Assembly: GCA_963805425.1 (NCBI GenBank)
Contig: CAWDUF010000014.1
Coordinates: 8,057 to 72,056, forward strand
Direction: 5' to 3'
DNA length: 64,000 bases
Source of the DNA: an uncultured Actinomycetota bacterium
GTDB taxonomy: Bacteria; Actinomycetota; Actinomycetes; Propionibacteriales; Nocardioidaceae
A program made the position numbers and the translations under genes. The notes beneath the pieces were generated by a model. The model worked only from the letters and a program-made list of their open reading frames with translations. It ran no database searches and was not told the DNA's origin. Below, piece by piece: positions 11,204-21,699 of this stretch (position 1 is its first letter; each line of letters begins with the position of its first letter).

Positions 11204-11873
11204 TGTCGAGCAGCTTTTCCTTCACGGCGTACATGACCGCCTCCATGCGGGAGTGCAGCTGCAGCTTGTCGAGGATGTTGCGGACGTGGTTCTTGACGGT
11301 GTTCTCGCTGATGAACAGCTGCTTGGCGACCTCTCGGTTGTTCAGGCCCTTCGCGACCAGGCGAAGCACTTCCAGCTCGCGGTCGGTCAGCCGCGGCGCA
11401 CTGCCGGCCTCGCGGTCGGAGCGTGAGATCTCCTTGAACTCGTCGATCAGCTTCGCGGCCATCGAGGGGCTGATCAGGGACTGCCCCTCGGCGACAACGC
11501 GCACGGCCTGGGCGACCTCGTCGATCGAGGAGTCCTTGAGCAGGTAGCCCGAGGCGCCGTTCTTGACCGCCTCGTAGAGGTCGGCCTCCTCGTCGCTGAC
11601 GGTCAGCATGATGATCCGGGTCGAGGGCACCTGCTCCTTGATCCGGGTGCAGGCCTCGAGCCCGCTGCGCTTGGGCATCCGGACGTCGAGCAGCACCACG
11701 TCGGGGACCGTCTCCAGCGCGAGCTCGATCGCGCTGTTCCCGTCACCGGCCTCGCCGACGACCTCGATGCCCGGCTCGACGCCGAGCAGCATCGTCAGGC
11801 CACGCCGGAAGAGCTCCTGGTCGTCGACGACGACGACACGCACGGCCTCGGCGTGGCTCTGGGATTCGGGCAC
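11196..11873 (-). CDS. Orphan NarL/LuxR-family response regulator
   Basis: Receiver domain (VVDD, LLDVRMP, GYLLK) plus LuxR HTH LTDRELEVL...TVKNHVRNIL. Confidence 0.95.
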   Translation of the reverse strand: MPESQSHAEAVRVVVVDDQELFRRGLTMLLGVEPGIEVVGEAGDGNSAIELALETVPDVVLLDVRMPKRSGLEACTRIKEQVPSTRIIMLTVSDEEADLYEAVKNGASGYLLKDSSIDEVAQAVRVVAEGQSLISPSMAAKLIDEFKEISRSDREAGSAPRLTDRELEVLRLVAKGLNNREVAKQLFISENTVKNHVRNILDKLQLHSRMEAVMYAVKEKLLDIP

Positions 11874-11931
11874 CCGAGAATCATGACAGATCCGGTGTCT
11901 CAGTAAGCCGGATCGCGAACTGTCCCAGGCC

Positions 11932-12558
11932 TCAGGACTCGACGTCGAGCGAGATCACCCCGTAGTCGTACCCGCGACGGCGGTAGACGACCGAGGGCCG
12001 CTCACTCTCCTTGTCGACGAACAGGTAGAAGTCGTGGCCGACGAGCTCCATCTCGTACAGCGCCTGCTCGAGGGTGATCGGGGTCGCCGGGTGCGTCTTC
12101 TCGCGTACGACGAGCGGCCCGTCGCCGGTCATCGCGACCGGTCCGACCTGGTGGTCGGCAACCTCGGCGCTGCCGGAGCCGGCGACCCCGTTGCTGGCTC
12201 CGTTGCCGGTCCGGGCCATCGCCTGGCCGACGGACTCGGGAGCATGCTGGCCACGGTGGACCTTGCGTCGGTCGGCAGCGCGGCGCATCTGCGCGGACAT
12301 CTTGTCGAGGGCGAGGTCGAGTGCGGCCATCTTGTCCTCGGCGGCAGCCTCGGCGCGGAGCACCGGTCCCTTCGACTTCGCGGTGAGCTCGACGCGGACC
12401 TGACGGTCGGGCTGGCGGGCGTTGCGCTCTCGCTCCAGCAGCACCTCGACGCGGATGAGCCGATGGTCGTGCTTCTCGAGCCGAGCGAGCTTGTCCTCCA
12501 CGTGCTCGCGGAACCGTTCCGAGACCTCGCACTGCCGACTGCTGACGACAACGTCCAT
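11932..12558 (-). CDS. hpf: Ribosome hibernation promoting factor (long HPF/RaiA)
   Basis: S30AE N-domain plus C-domain EQALYEMELVGHDFYLF...PSVVYRRRGYDYGVI; GGGAGG RBS before ATG 12558. Confidence 0.95.
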   Translation of the reverse strand: MDVVVSSRQCEVSERFREHVEDKLARLEKHDHRLIRVEVLLERERNARQPDRQVRVELTAKSKGPVLRAEAAAEDKMAALDLALDKMSAQMRRAADRRKVHRGQHAPESVGQAMARTGNGASNGVAGSGSAEVADHQVGPVAMTGDGPLVVREKTHPATPITLEQALYEMELVGHDFYLFVDKESERPSVVYRRRGYDYGVISLDVES

Positions 12559-12614
12559 GCAGACCTCCCACTCTCGGGGCGGGCAACCGCCCACTGGTTA
12601 CACCGGCATGAGGG

Positions 12615-12945
12615 ATGGAGCCCGTCCGGCCGACCTGGTCTTCGACCCCACACCCGCCTGCTGAGACGTTCGCAGCTCTTCTGCCACTACTGGCCTTCTC
12701 CGGCGCGACCCCGCATCTGACGAGGGGCGACGGGCAGGACTTACGACTAAGCCGCACCGTGATCGGCGACCACCCTCACCAGGGAGGGGGCGCGCCTTAC
12801 GTGGGCCGTTTTGCCTGCGACTGGCATCGGCTTGCCGGGCCGGTCGGAACCGGGTTCCAACGCTGTGTCCAACGCTGTGTCCAATCCTCGGACATGTCCG
12901 GCCCATGACCTGCCTGACGCAACCACGGACCCGGACGGACTCCAT
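12615..12945 (-). ncRNA. raiA motif RNA
   Basis: Minus-strand blocks CGTGGTTG, CGATGCCAGTCGCAGGCAAAACG..CCACGTAAG, GGTGCGGCTTAG..GTAAGTCCTGCC and CAGCAGGCGGGTGTGGGGTCGAAGACCAGGTC match the raiA motif as I recall it; closing stem ATGGAGTCCGTCCGG/CCGGACGGGCTCCAT; typical comF-raiA context. Confidence 0.9.
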
Positions 12946-12966
12946 ACAGAGACGTTAGCCGCAGCC

Positions 12967-13662
12967 TCACTGTTTCGGTAGCGGAACCCGTCGGCGGGTG
13001 GCCGCCAGGCAGCAGATCGCCCGCACCGGCAGTCCGATCGCGTCGAGGGCGCGCTGGGCTTCCCTCGCTGTCGAGCCGGTGGTGATCACGTCGTCGCAGA
13101 CGAGCACGGTCGTCGGGAGCCCGTCTCGAGCCAGCGCGCGCAGCCGGCTCGGGCGCACCGCCATCCGCTCTGCGAGGTTCGCGGCCCGCTCGGAGGCGGA
13201 CAGTCCCGCCTGGTCTGCGGCCGGGTCGCGCTGGCGCAGCAACGTCGTCACGACCACGTCGGCGCCGGCACGACGGAGCACGCCGGCCGCTACGCGGGTG
13301 ACCCGGAGCATCGGATCGTGTCCCCGAGCGCGTACGACGGCCGGCCGCGACGGCACCGGCACGAGCACCGTGCGGCCGCGCGACGTCATCCCGGCGAGCA
13401 CCGGCGCCGCCAGCACCTCGCCGAGCGGCCCGGCGAGACCGAACACCCGGCGCTCCTTGTGCAGCAGGATCATCCGGCGCAGCGGGTCGGCGTACTCGGA
13501 GGCGGCGAAGGCCGGGGCGAGCCCGTCCGGGCACGGATCCGGCCACACGCGGGTGGCATCGAGCGGTAGCCCGGCGCGGCATCCCGGGCACAACAGCCGT
13601 CCGGGCCGCGCGCAGCACACGCAGGCCCGGCCGAACGCCAGGTCGAGCCAGTCGTCGATCAC
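12967..13662 (-). CDS. comF: ComF family protein (zinc ribbon + phosphoribosyltransferase)
   Basis: CxxC...CxxC N-terminus, VPVPS..RG motif and PRPP-binding VCDDVITTGST. Confidence 0.92.
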   Translation of the reverse strand: MIDDWLDLAFGRACVCCARPGRLLCPGCRAGLPLDATRVWPDPCPDGLAPAFAASEYADPLRRMILLHKERRVFGLAGPLGEVLAAPVLAGMTSRGRTVLVPVPSRPAVVRARGHDPMLRVTRVAAGVLRRAGADVVVTTLLRQRDPAADQAGLSASERAANLAERMAVRPSRLRALARDGLPTTVLVCDDVITTGSTAREAQRALDAIGLPVRAICCLAATRRRVPLPKQ

Positions 13663-13734
13663 CGGCCCATCGTCAACCGCCCTGGAGGGGGCGCGCAGCG
13701 AGGGAGCCGGCCCTGTGGACTACTGGCCTGTGGA

Positions 13735-15501
13735 CTACTCCCCGTAGGCAGCTGCCACCACGTTGGTCAGAGGCAGCCGGGTCCAGCGCCCTGCCTCGCT
13801 GAACGCGGACGTGTACAGCCGGTGATCGGTGCCGACCACCCGCAGCGGGAGCGCGGAGTCGGGGCTGGAGACGAGGCCGGCGACGTCCCCGGGTACGTTC
13901 GTGGGGGCCACCGGTCCCAGCTGTCCCTCGACGCGCGGCGAGCCATCGAGCTCGACGACCACGATCTGGTCGGGCCCGGAGTCCGGACGGGTGAGGATCG
14001 CCACCGACGTCACGTCGAACTGGACCACGTCCAGGGCCGGGCCGAGATCGGCGCCGGTCACCAGCCTGGTGCGGGCCGCGAGGACGCGGCGTACCCGCCC
14101 CTGGGCGTCGCGATCGATGCCGCTCACCTGGATCGTCGGGTTCGCCCCGCTCGCCAGGACGCCGACCAGCTGGGAGCCGTCCCGGGTGACGGTGAACGCG
14201 CTCACCGGCCGCCCGGAGATCCCGGACACGCGGACGATCCGGTCCTTGCCGTTGCGCAGCAGATGGACGACCGCCCCCGAGGCGGTGTCGTCGATCAGCC
14301 ACAGGCCGCCGAAGCGGTCGTACGCCGGCCGGAGCAGGTCGGTGCCGTTGCTGAACACAGTGCGCACTCGCGACGGCGACCGGCCGCCGCTGTCCGGGGC
14401 CTCGAACACCTTGCGCCCGCTGAGGCTGACTGCCGCGATCGTGCGGTTGCGGGTGCTCCAGGCCAGCGACCGCAGGGCGAACCCGGCCTGCCCGAACGGA
14501 CCGGCCACCGGCGTCACGTTTTCACCGTCGGCGACCACGACCCGGCCGCCGCTGAGCGCGAGCAGCTCCCGTCGGGCCGACGCGCCCGGGTCGTACTCCT
14601 GTCCGGTGCTGACGCTGACGTCGGTACGACCGTCGGGCAGGGCCACGGGAGCGCCGTCCACGGTCAGCTTCACGCGGGTGATGCCCGGGACCTGTCGCAG
14701 CGTCCACGCCAGCTGGACGACCACCCGGTTGAGCTGCGCCGGCGCCAGGTTCAGAGCGTCGGGACCGAGCGGCACCTCGGCGATGCCCGCGTCGTTGACC
14801 ACGACCCCGCCCAGATCGAGGTCGCCGCCGGCCGGGAAGGCGGTCGTCGCGACCTTGCGCTGACTGGGCGGCGGGCCCTCGAGCAGTCCTCGAACGAGGT
14901 TCGTGCCCGTCGCCTCACCCTGCGGGACGTAGACCCGGGTCGGGACGAGCACCGAGCCGGTGTGGTCGAAGAAGTACAGGTCGAAGGGCGTGAACACGCT
15001 GGAGAAGTACGACGACGACACGGCGAGCACGTCCGGGGGGTTCGCGATCCGCCACTGCCCGTCCTCCTGGACCAGGTTGAGCGGGACGGTCTCGGTGGTC
15101 GCCGTGGTGCCGTCGAGCCAGGCGCCGTACGTCGAGAGCCGGTAGGCCCCTCGGAGGCTGGCCACCACGTGGCCGTCGACCGTGTCGACCGTCGGCGCGT
15201 CGTAGACGACCGTGCCCTGGCTCTGGCTCCAGGTGCCCTTCGCCTGTCCCGACAGGAAGCTGCGCGCCACCGCCGTGCTCGGAGGGTTTGCCTGCATGGC
15301 CAGCAGGAAGCCCCGGACGATCCTCTCGGGGCTGTCACCGTCCGCGGGACCCGGGGGGGTGAAGTCCGGCGCCTGGTTGCTGATCTCGTCGGCGCCGGCG
15401 GGTCTGGTGTGCACCGTGCCCGAGTCGGGAAGCGTCGTGCAGCCGCAGATCACCAGGACCGGTGCGAGCACCCCGAGCACGCGGAGCAGGCGGGCCCTCA
15501 T
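13735..15501 (-). CDS. lpqB: Lipoprotein LpqB (GerMN + beta-propeller)
   Basis: Lipobox-like VICGC, PERIVRGFLLAM, GQWRI and GerMN region; directly downstream of mtrB. Confidence 0.9.
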   Translation of the reverse strand: MRARLLRVLGVLAPVLVICGCTTLPDSGTVHTRPAGADEISNQAPDFTPPGPADGDSPERIVRGFLLAMQANPPSTAVARSFLSGQAKGTWSQSQGTVVYDAPTVDTVDGHVVASLRGAYRLSTYGAWLDGTTATTETVPLNLVQEDGQWRIANPPDVLAVSSSYFSSVFTPFDLYFFDHTGSVLVPTRVYVPQGEATGTNLVRGLLEGPPPSQRKVATTAFPAGGDLDLGGVVVNDAGIAEVPLGPDALNLAPAQLNRVVVQLAWTLRQVPGITRVKLTVDGAPVALPDGRTDVSVSTGQEYDPGASARRELLALSGGRVVVADGENVTPVAGPFGQAGFALRSLAWSTRNRTIAAVSLSGRKVFEAPDSGGRSPSRVRTVFSNGTDLLRPAYDRFGGLWLIDDTASGAVVHLLRNGKDRIVRVSGISGRPVSAFTVTRDGSQLVGVLASGANPTIQVSGIDRDAQGRVRRVLAARTRLVTGADLGPALDVVQFDVTSVAILTRPDSGPDQIVVVELDGSPRVEGQLGPVAPTNVPGDVAGLVSSPDSALPLRVVGTDHRLYTSAFSEAGRWTRLPLTNVVAAAYGE

Positions 15502-17180
15502 CGGTTGCCTCCGACCTGGTGCGCCGCCGGCGTGACCGTCTCGTCGGCGTCGGCCGACGGGTCTCCCGCGTCGTCGGGCACCAGCGGCAGCGGGCTGTGC
15601 GCGATCGGGTCGCCGGCGCGACGCGGCACCGTGAGGCGGAACTGTGCCCCGGCCGCCGGCTCGCCCCAGACCTGGAGCCAGCCGCCGTGCAGCTGCGCGT
15701 CCTCGAGCGAGATCGCCAGGCCGAGCCCGGTGCCGCCGGTCGAGCGCGCGCGCGCCGGATCGGCCCGCCAGAACCGGTTGAACACCATCGCCGACTGACC
15801 CGGGTGCAGGCCGACTCCGTAGTCACGGACGGTCACGGCGACGGCGTGCGGATCCGCGGCGACCCGGACCACGACGCGGGCGTCGCCGCGCACGTTCGCG
15901 TGGTCGATGGCGTTGCTGACCAGGTTGCGCAGCACCCGCTCGATGCGACGCTCGTCGACCTCCGCGACGCACGCCGTCGGGGCCTCGACGACCACCCGGA
16001 CGCCACGCTGGCGCGCCAGTGCCGCGGACTGGTCGACCACCCGGTGCGCGACGTCCGCGAGATTGACCTCCGCCAGCTCGAGACCGGCGGCACCGGCGTC
16101 GAACCGGCTGATCTCGAGCAGATCGGCGAGCAGGTTCTCGAAGCGGTCCAGCTCCTTCTGCAACAGCTCCGCCGCCCGGGCGGCGACCGGTTCGAAGGAC
16201 CCGCGTGAGTCGTGGAGCACATCGCCGGCCATCCGTACGGTCGTCAGCGGCGTGCGCAGCTCGTGCGACACGTCGGAGACGAACTGCCGCTGCACCCGGG
16301 ACAGCTCGACCAGCTGCCTGATCTGCTGCTGCAGCGCGTCGGTCATCTGGTTGAACGAGACGGCCAGCCGCGCGATGTCGTCCTCCCCGTGCACGTGCAT
16401 CCGCTCCTCGAGACGACCTGACGCGATCCGCTCCGCCACACGCCGGGCGAGGCGGACCGGGGTGATGACCTGACGGGTGACCAGGAGGACGATCCCGGCG
16501 GTGAGCAGCAGCAACAGGGCGCCGGAGGTGAGCAGGGACCGCTCGACCAGGTTCAGGGTGCGTTGCTCGTCGTCCATCGGGAAGATGTAGTACAGCCCGT
16601 AGACGCCGCCGTCCGAGGGCAGCACGATCCGTGAACCGACGACGACAGACGGCGTGCCGTCCTGCGACCCGTCGGACCGCAGCCGGGTGTATGTCCACGA
16701 CGTGCCCGCCGACCTCGCGACCGCTCGCTGGAGCCGCGCCGGCACGCTCTCCACCGAGATGCCCTTCGTCGCATGGATCCCGGGGGCCGGAGCGGTGCCG
16801 GGATCCTGCCCGATCGGACCCAGCAGGACGACGTCGTAACCGCGGACGTCGCCGCGGTCGACCAGGGTCGCCGCCAGCTGGCTGAGCTGGGTGTCGGGGT
16901 CGAAGTCGGAGCTCCCCCGCTCGAGCAGGTTGCGTGCGGACTTGGTCTCGCCCTGCGCCTCGGCGACGGACACGTTCACCCGACTCTCCACCAGCCCGTC
17001 GGAGATCTGGCGGATCAGCAGCCAGCCCACCGTGCCGGCGACGACGGCACCGAGCACCACGATCGCACCGACCACCCTCGTGCGGATCGAGCGTCGCCAG
17101 AACGTGAGCACGTCGGCGAGGGCCCGGCGGACCCGCGGCCGGGTTGCGACGGGAGGTTCAGCCGGAGACGGACTCGCCAC
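15498..17180 (-). CDS. mtrB: Sensor histidine kinase MtrB
   Basis: Two TMs, HAMP, H-box FVSDVSHELRTPL, N-box and G-boxes GGTGLGLAI; start uncertain (17180-17240). Confidence 0.93.
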   Translation of the reverse strand: MASPSPAEPPVATRPRVRRALADVLTFWRRSIRTRVVGAIVVLGAVVAGTVGWLLIRQISDGLVESRVNVSVAEAQGETKSARNLLERGSSDFDPDTQLSQLAATLVDRGDVRGYDVVLLGPIGQDPGTAPAPGIHATKGISVESVPARLQRAVARSAGTSWTYTRLRSDGSQDGTPSVVVGSRIVLPSDGGVYGLYYIFPMDDEQRTLNLVERSLLTSGALLLLLTAGIVLLVTRQVITPVRLARRVAERIASGRLEERMHVHGEDDIARLAVSFNQMTDALQQQIRQLVELSRVQRQFVSDVSHELRTPLTTVRMAGDVLHDSRGSFEPVAARAAELLQKELDRFENLLADLLEISRFDAGAAGLELAEVNLADVAHRVVDQSAALARQRGVRVVVEAPTACVAEVDERRIERVLRNLVSNAIDHANVRGDARVVVRVAADPHAVAVTVRDYGVGLHPGQSAMVFNRFWRADPARARSTGGTGLGLAISLEDAQLHGGWLQVWGEPAAGAQFRLTVPRRAGDPIAHSPLPLVPDDAGDPSADADETVTPAAHQVGGNR

Positions 17181-17910
17181 CGGCAGTGTCCTGTGTCGGG
17201 TCCCCTGCCGGCTCCGAGGTCCCGGCCTTGTACCCGACACCCCGCACCGTCAACACGATCGTGGGGTGCTCGGGATCGTGCTCGACCTTGGCGCGGAGCC
17301 GCTGGACGTGCACGTTGACCAGCCTGGTGTCCGCGGCGTGCCGGTAGCCCCAGACCTGTTCGAGGAGCATCTCGCGAGTGAACACCTGCCACGGGCGCCG
17401 GGCAAGGCAGACGAGCAGGTCGAACTCCAGCGGCGTCAGCTGGATCGCCTTGCCCGCGCGCATCACGCTGTGGCCGGCGACGTCGATGCGCAGGTCGGCG
17501 ACCGCGATCACCTCGGGCGCAGGCGGCTCGAAGTGCCGCATCCGGGCCCGGATCCGGGCGATCAGCTCCTTGGGCTTGAACGGCTTGGCGATGTAGTCGT
17601 CAGCCCCGGACTCGAGGCCGACGACCACGTCGACGGTGTCGCTCTTGGCGGTGAGCATCACGATCGGTACGCCGGACTCGGCGCGGATCTGCCGGCAGAC
17701 CTCGATGCCGTCGGTGCCGGGCAGCATCAGGTCGAGCAGGACCAGGTCGGGCTTGTAGTCGCGGAACACCGGCAGTGCCTCGTCACCACGGGCAACGATC
17801 CGGCTCTCGAAGCCCTCGTTGTGCAGGACGAGAGTCAGCATCTCCGCCAGCGCCGCATCGTCGTCGACGACGAGGATGCGGGTCCGCCCGACCTGGTCCG
17901 AGTGGGTCAC
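17158..17910 (-). CDS. mtrA: OmpR-family response regulator MtrA
   Basis: [13 protein letters not shown]...[29 protein letters not shown]. Confidence 0.95.
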   Translation of the reverse strand: MTHSDQVGRTRILVVDDDAALAEMLTLVLHNEGFESRIVARGDEALPVFRDYKPDLVLLDLMLPGTDGIEVCRQIRAESGVPIVMLTAKSDTVDVVVGLESGADDYIAKPFKPKELIARIRARMRHFEPPAPEVIAVADLRIDVAGHSVMRAGKAIQLTPLEFDLLVCLARRPWQVFTREMLLEQVWGYRHAADTRLVNVHVQRLRAKVEHDPEHPTIVLTVRGVGYKAGTSEPAGDPTQDTAGGESVSG

Positions 17911-17914
17911 CGGG

Positions 17915-19358
<1,444 letters not shown>

Positions 19359-19479
19359 GGTGTTCCTAGCTGGTGTCGAGGGATTCGGGCGAGGGCTGAA
19401 AAGCAGGCCCGTCTTCAGATTGGTCTGGGCCTGTTCAGGGCGTCTGGCCACGATCTCGTGCGAAAGGCGCGGGTCAATA

Positions 19480-20442
19480 CTAACCGGACGGTCGCTCCGC
19501 CGGCGTGTAGTCGTCACGGAACAGGTCCGGCTCCACGTAGACCGAGGTGGCGTGCGGCTCGGCGGCGCGCACGGCGCGTTCCGCGCGATCGATCGTCGCG
19601 GCGACGTCGGCGGCCGTGTCGGAAGCGCGCACACCGATCTTGACCGCGCAGAGCAGCTCGTCCGGGCCCAGGTGCAGGGTCTTCATGTGGATCACCCGCT
19701 CCACGCCCTCGGTGCGCGTGAGCGCGGCGAGGATGGCCTTCTGCGCGTGCTCGGAGGCAGACTCGCCCAGCAACAGGCTCTTGGTCTCGGCGGCCAGCAC
19801 GACCGCGACGAGCACGAGCAACACCCCGATCAGCCCCGTGCCGGCGGCGTCGAAGTAGGCGTTCTCGGTGACCAGCGTGAGCGTGACGCCGAGCAACGCG
19901 AGCGCCAGTCCGACCAGCGCCGCGAAGTCCTCGAGCAGGATCACCGGCAGCTCTGGCTCCTTCGCCCGCCGGATGAACTCCACGTACGACGAGCCGCCGC
20001 GGAGCTTGTCGGTCTCGCGGAGCGCCGTGCGGAAGGACAGCGACTCCAGCACGATCGCCACCGCCAGGACGACGACCGGGACGAACCGCTTCCAGTCGTT
20101 GCCGATGTCGGCGTGACCGGCGTGGACCTCGTGGGCCTTGTGGTAGGCCTCGTAGAGCGCGAACAGGCCGCCGACGCTGAACAGCACGATCGCGACGATG
20201 AAGGAGTAGATGTAGCGCTCGCGGCCGTAGCCGAAGGGATGCTCTGCGGTCGCCTCACGGCGCGAGCGCTTGCCGCCCAGCAGGAGCAGCAGCTGGTTGC
20301 CCGAGTCGGCGACCGAGTGGATGGCTTCGGCCAGCATCGAGGAGAACCCGGTCAGGAAGAACGCGACGAACTTCGTGACCGCGATGCCGAGGTTGGCCAG
20401 GAGCGCGGCCACGACGGCCTTGGTGCCACCTTCGGTCGACAT
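19480..20442 (-). CDS. Cation diffusion facilitator family transporter
   Basis: [23 protein letters not shown], six TMs and a cytoplasmic C-domain. Confidence 0.93.
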   Translation of the reverse strand: MSTEGGTKAVVAALLANLGIAVTKFVAFFLTGFSSMLAEAIHSVADSGNQLLLLLGGKRSRREATAEHPFGYGRERYIYSFIVAIVLFSVGGLFALYEAYHKAHEVHAGHADIGNDWKRFVPVVVLAVAIVLESLSFRTALRETDKLRGGSSYVEFIRRAKEPELPVILLEDFAALVGLALALLGVTLTLVTENAYFDAAGTGLIGVLLVLVAVVLAAETKSLLLGESASEHAQKAILAALTRTEGVERVIHMKTLHLGPDELLCAVKIGVRASDTAADVAATIDRAERAVRAAEPHATSVYVEPDLFRDDYTPAERPSG

Positions 20443-20478
20443 GCTGCAGGAGGTTAGCCGGTCGCGTGCCGTCCTCGA

Positions 20479-21510
20479 TCAGTCGGCCTCGGCGAGGCCC
20501 AACCGGAGGTAGCGGGCGGCGAAGGTGCCGGTGGCGAGCAGGGCGGCGTACCTCGCGACGTCACCGCCGGCCTCCGTCGAGACGACCTCGACCCGGACGC
20601 CACGCTCCTCGGCCTGCTCGCGTAGCCGCGACCGGGTCTCGAGGACCACGGGGTCCGGCGAGCCGTCGTCGAGGATGACCAGCGAAGGGCGCGGGTCGCC
20701 GTCCTCGTCGGCGAACGGGTCTGCGAAGACGTCGGCGGGAGCGGCAGCCGCGAGCACCGGCAGCAGGTGCTCGGCGTCGGCGGCGAGCGCCGCGCGACCA
20801 CTGGCGCGCCGCAACGACTCCGCGATCCGGCGCGCTGCCCGGGCGGCAAGCACGGTGCCGCCCCAGAGCAGCGGGCTGCTCTCGGCGATGCCGCTGGCCA
20901 ACAGCTTCGCCGGGTTGACGGCGAGGTCGCGGTAGGGGCTGCAGCTCATCGCGACGTCGTCCAGCGCGGAGGCCACCACCTCCGCGTCGGTGTCGGGCCC
21001 CAGGCCGAGCCGGTCGAGCAGGTCGAGCATCACCACCGCGGTCGCGAGCTGGTCACCGGTGACCGTGGGCAGCAGGGTCGAGTACCGCCCGGGCACGTGC
21101 CGCGCGACCAGTGAGTCCGCTGGCGTCGCGACGACGAGCTGACACCCTCGGCGGACTGCTTCGGCGACGCCTGCGGCCGTGCCGACGTCGGTGCCGTCGG
21201 GCGCCAGCACGACGACGAGGTCGAGCGCACCGGCCCAGCCCGGCAGCCCGGGACCGGGCCACGCGACGAACGGGACCGGGCACATCGGTTCCAGAACCGC
21301 CCGCAGCAGGCGCGAGTCCGGACCGGCGGCGACGATCGCGCGCGGCGGATCCTCGGCGAGCTGGGCGACGGCGGCGGCGAGCGAGTCAGCGGCGGTGACC
21401 GCCTCGAGGCGCACCCGGGCTCCGGCCTCGGCGAGCCGGCGGAGCTCCGGATCGGCGCGCGCGAGCGCGGACTCGTCGAGGAGACCGTCGTCGAATGCGG
21501 GGACCATCAC
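20479..21510 (-). CDS. SIS-domain protein (phosphoglucose/phosphomannose isomerase-like, TobH-like)
   Basis: LPGWAGALDLVVV and VNPAKLLA; conserved position downstream of manB-Trm112. Confidence 0.75.
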   Translation of the reverse strand: MMVPAFDDGLLDESALARADPELRRLAEAGARVRLEAVTAADSLAAAVAQLAEDPPRAIVAAGPDSRLLRAVLEPMCPVPFVAWPGPGLPGWAGALDLVVVLAPDGTDVGTAAGVAEAVRRGCQLVVATPADSLVARHVPGRYSTLLPTVTGDQLATAVVMLDLLDRLGLGPDTDAEVVASALDDVAMSCSPYRDLAVNPAKLLASGIAESSPLLWGGTVLAARAARRIAESLRRASGRAALAADAEHLLPVLAAAAPADVFADPFADEDGDPRPSLVILDDGSPDPVVLETRSRLREQAEERGVRVEVVSTEAGGDVARYAALLATGTFAARYLRLGLAEAD

Positions 21511-21528
21511 CGGATCACCTGGGCCGGG

Positions 21529-21699
21529 TCACGCCGGCTTTCGGGCCTCGTCGACGAGGAGGACCGGAATGTCGTCACGGACGGGGTAGGCCAGCCCACA
21601 CCCCGAGCACACCAGCTCCTCGGCGGCTTCGTCGACCGCGAGGGCGGCGTGGCACGCAGGGCAGACGATGATGTCGAGCAGGCCGGGGTCGAGGTTCAT
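21529..21699 (-). CDS. Trm112/YcaR family protein (in frame with the upstream manB ORF)
   Basis: MNLDPGLLDIIVCPACH...LVCSGCGLAYPVRDDIPVLL; own GAGGGAG RBS. Confidence 0.85.
   Translation of the reverse strand: MNLDPGLLDIIVCPACHAALAVDEAAEELVCSGCGLAYPVRDDIPVLLVDEARKPA

Noticed and set aside
12598-12945. Short ORFs in the comF-hpf gap (12598-12945, 12615-12908)
   Set aside because: The region is better explained by the raiA motif RNA; the translations show no coding-like codon bias
17158-17240. 83-bp mtrA/mtrB overlap as an unusual feature
   Set aside because: Shrinks to about 23 bp if mtrB starts at the GTG at 17180, so it is probably a start-call issue
19359-19480. Canonical SAH riboswitch upstream of ahcY
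   Set aside because: The conserved pseudoknot-forming sequences could not be found; only a generic stem-loop is present
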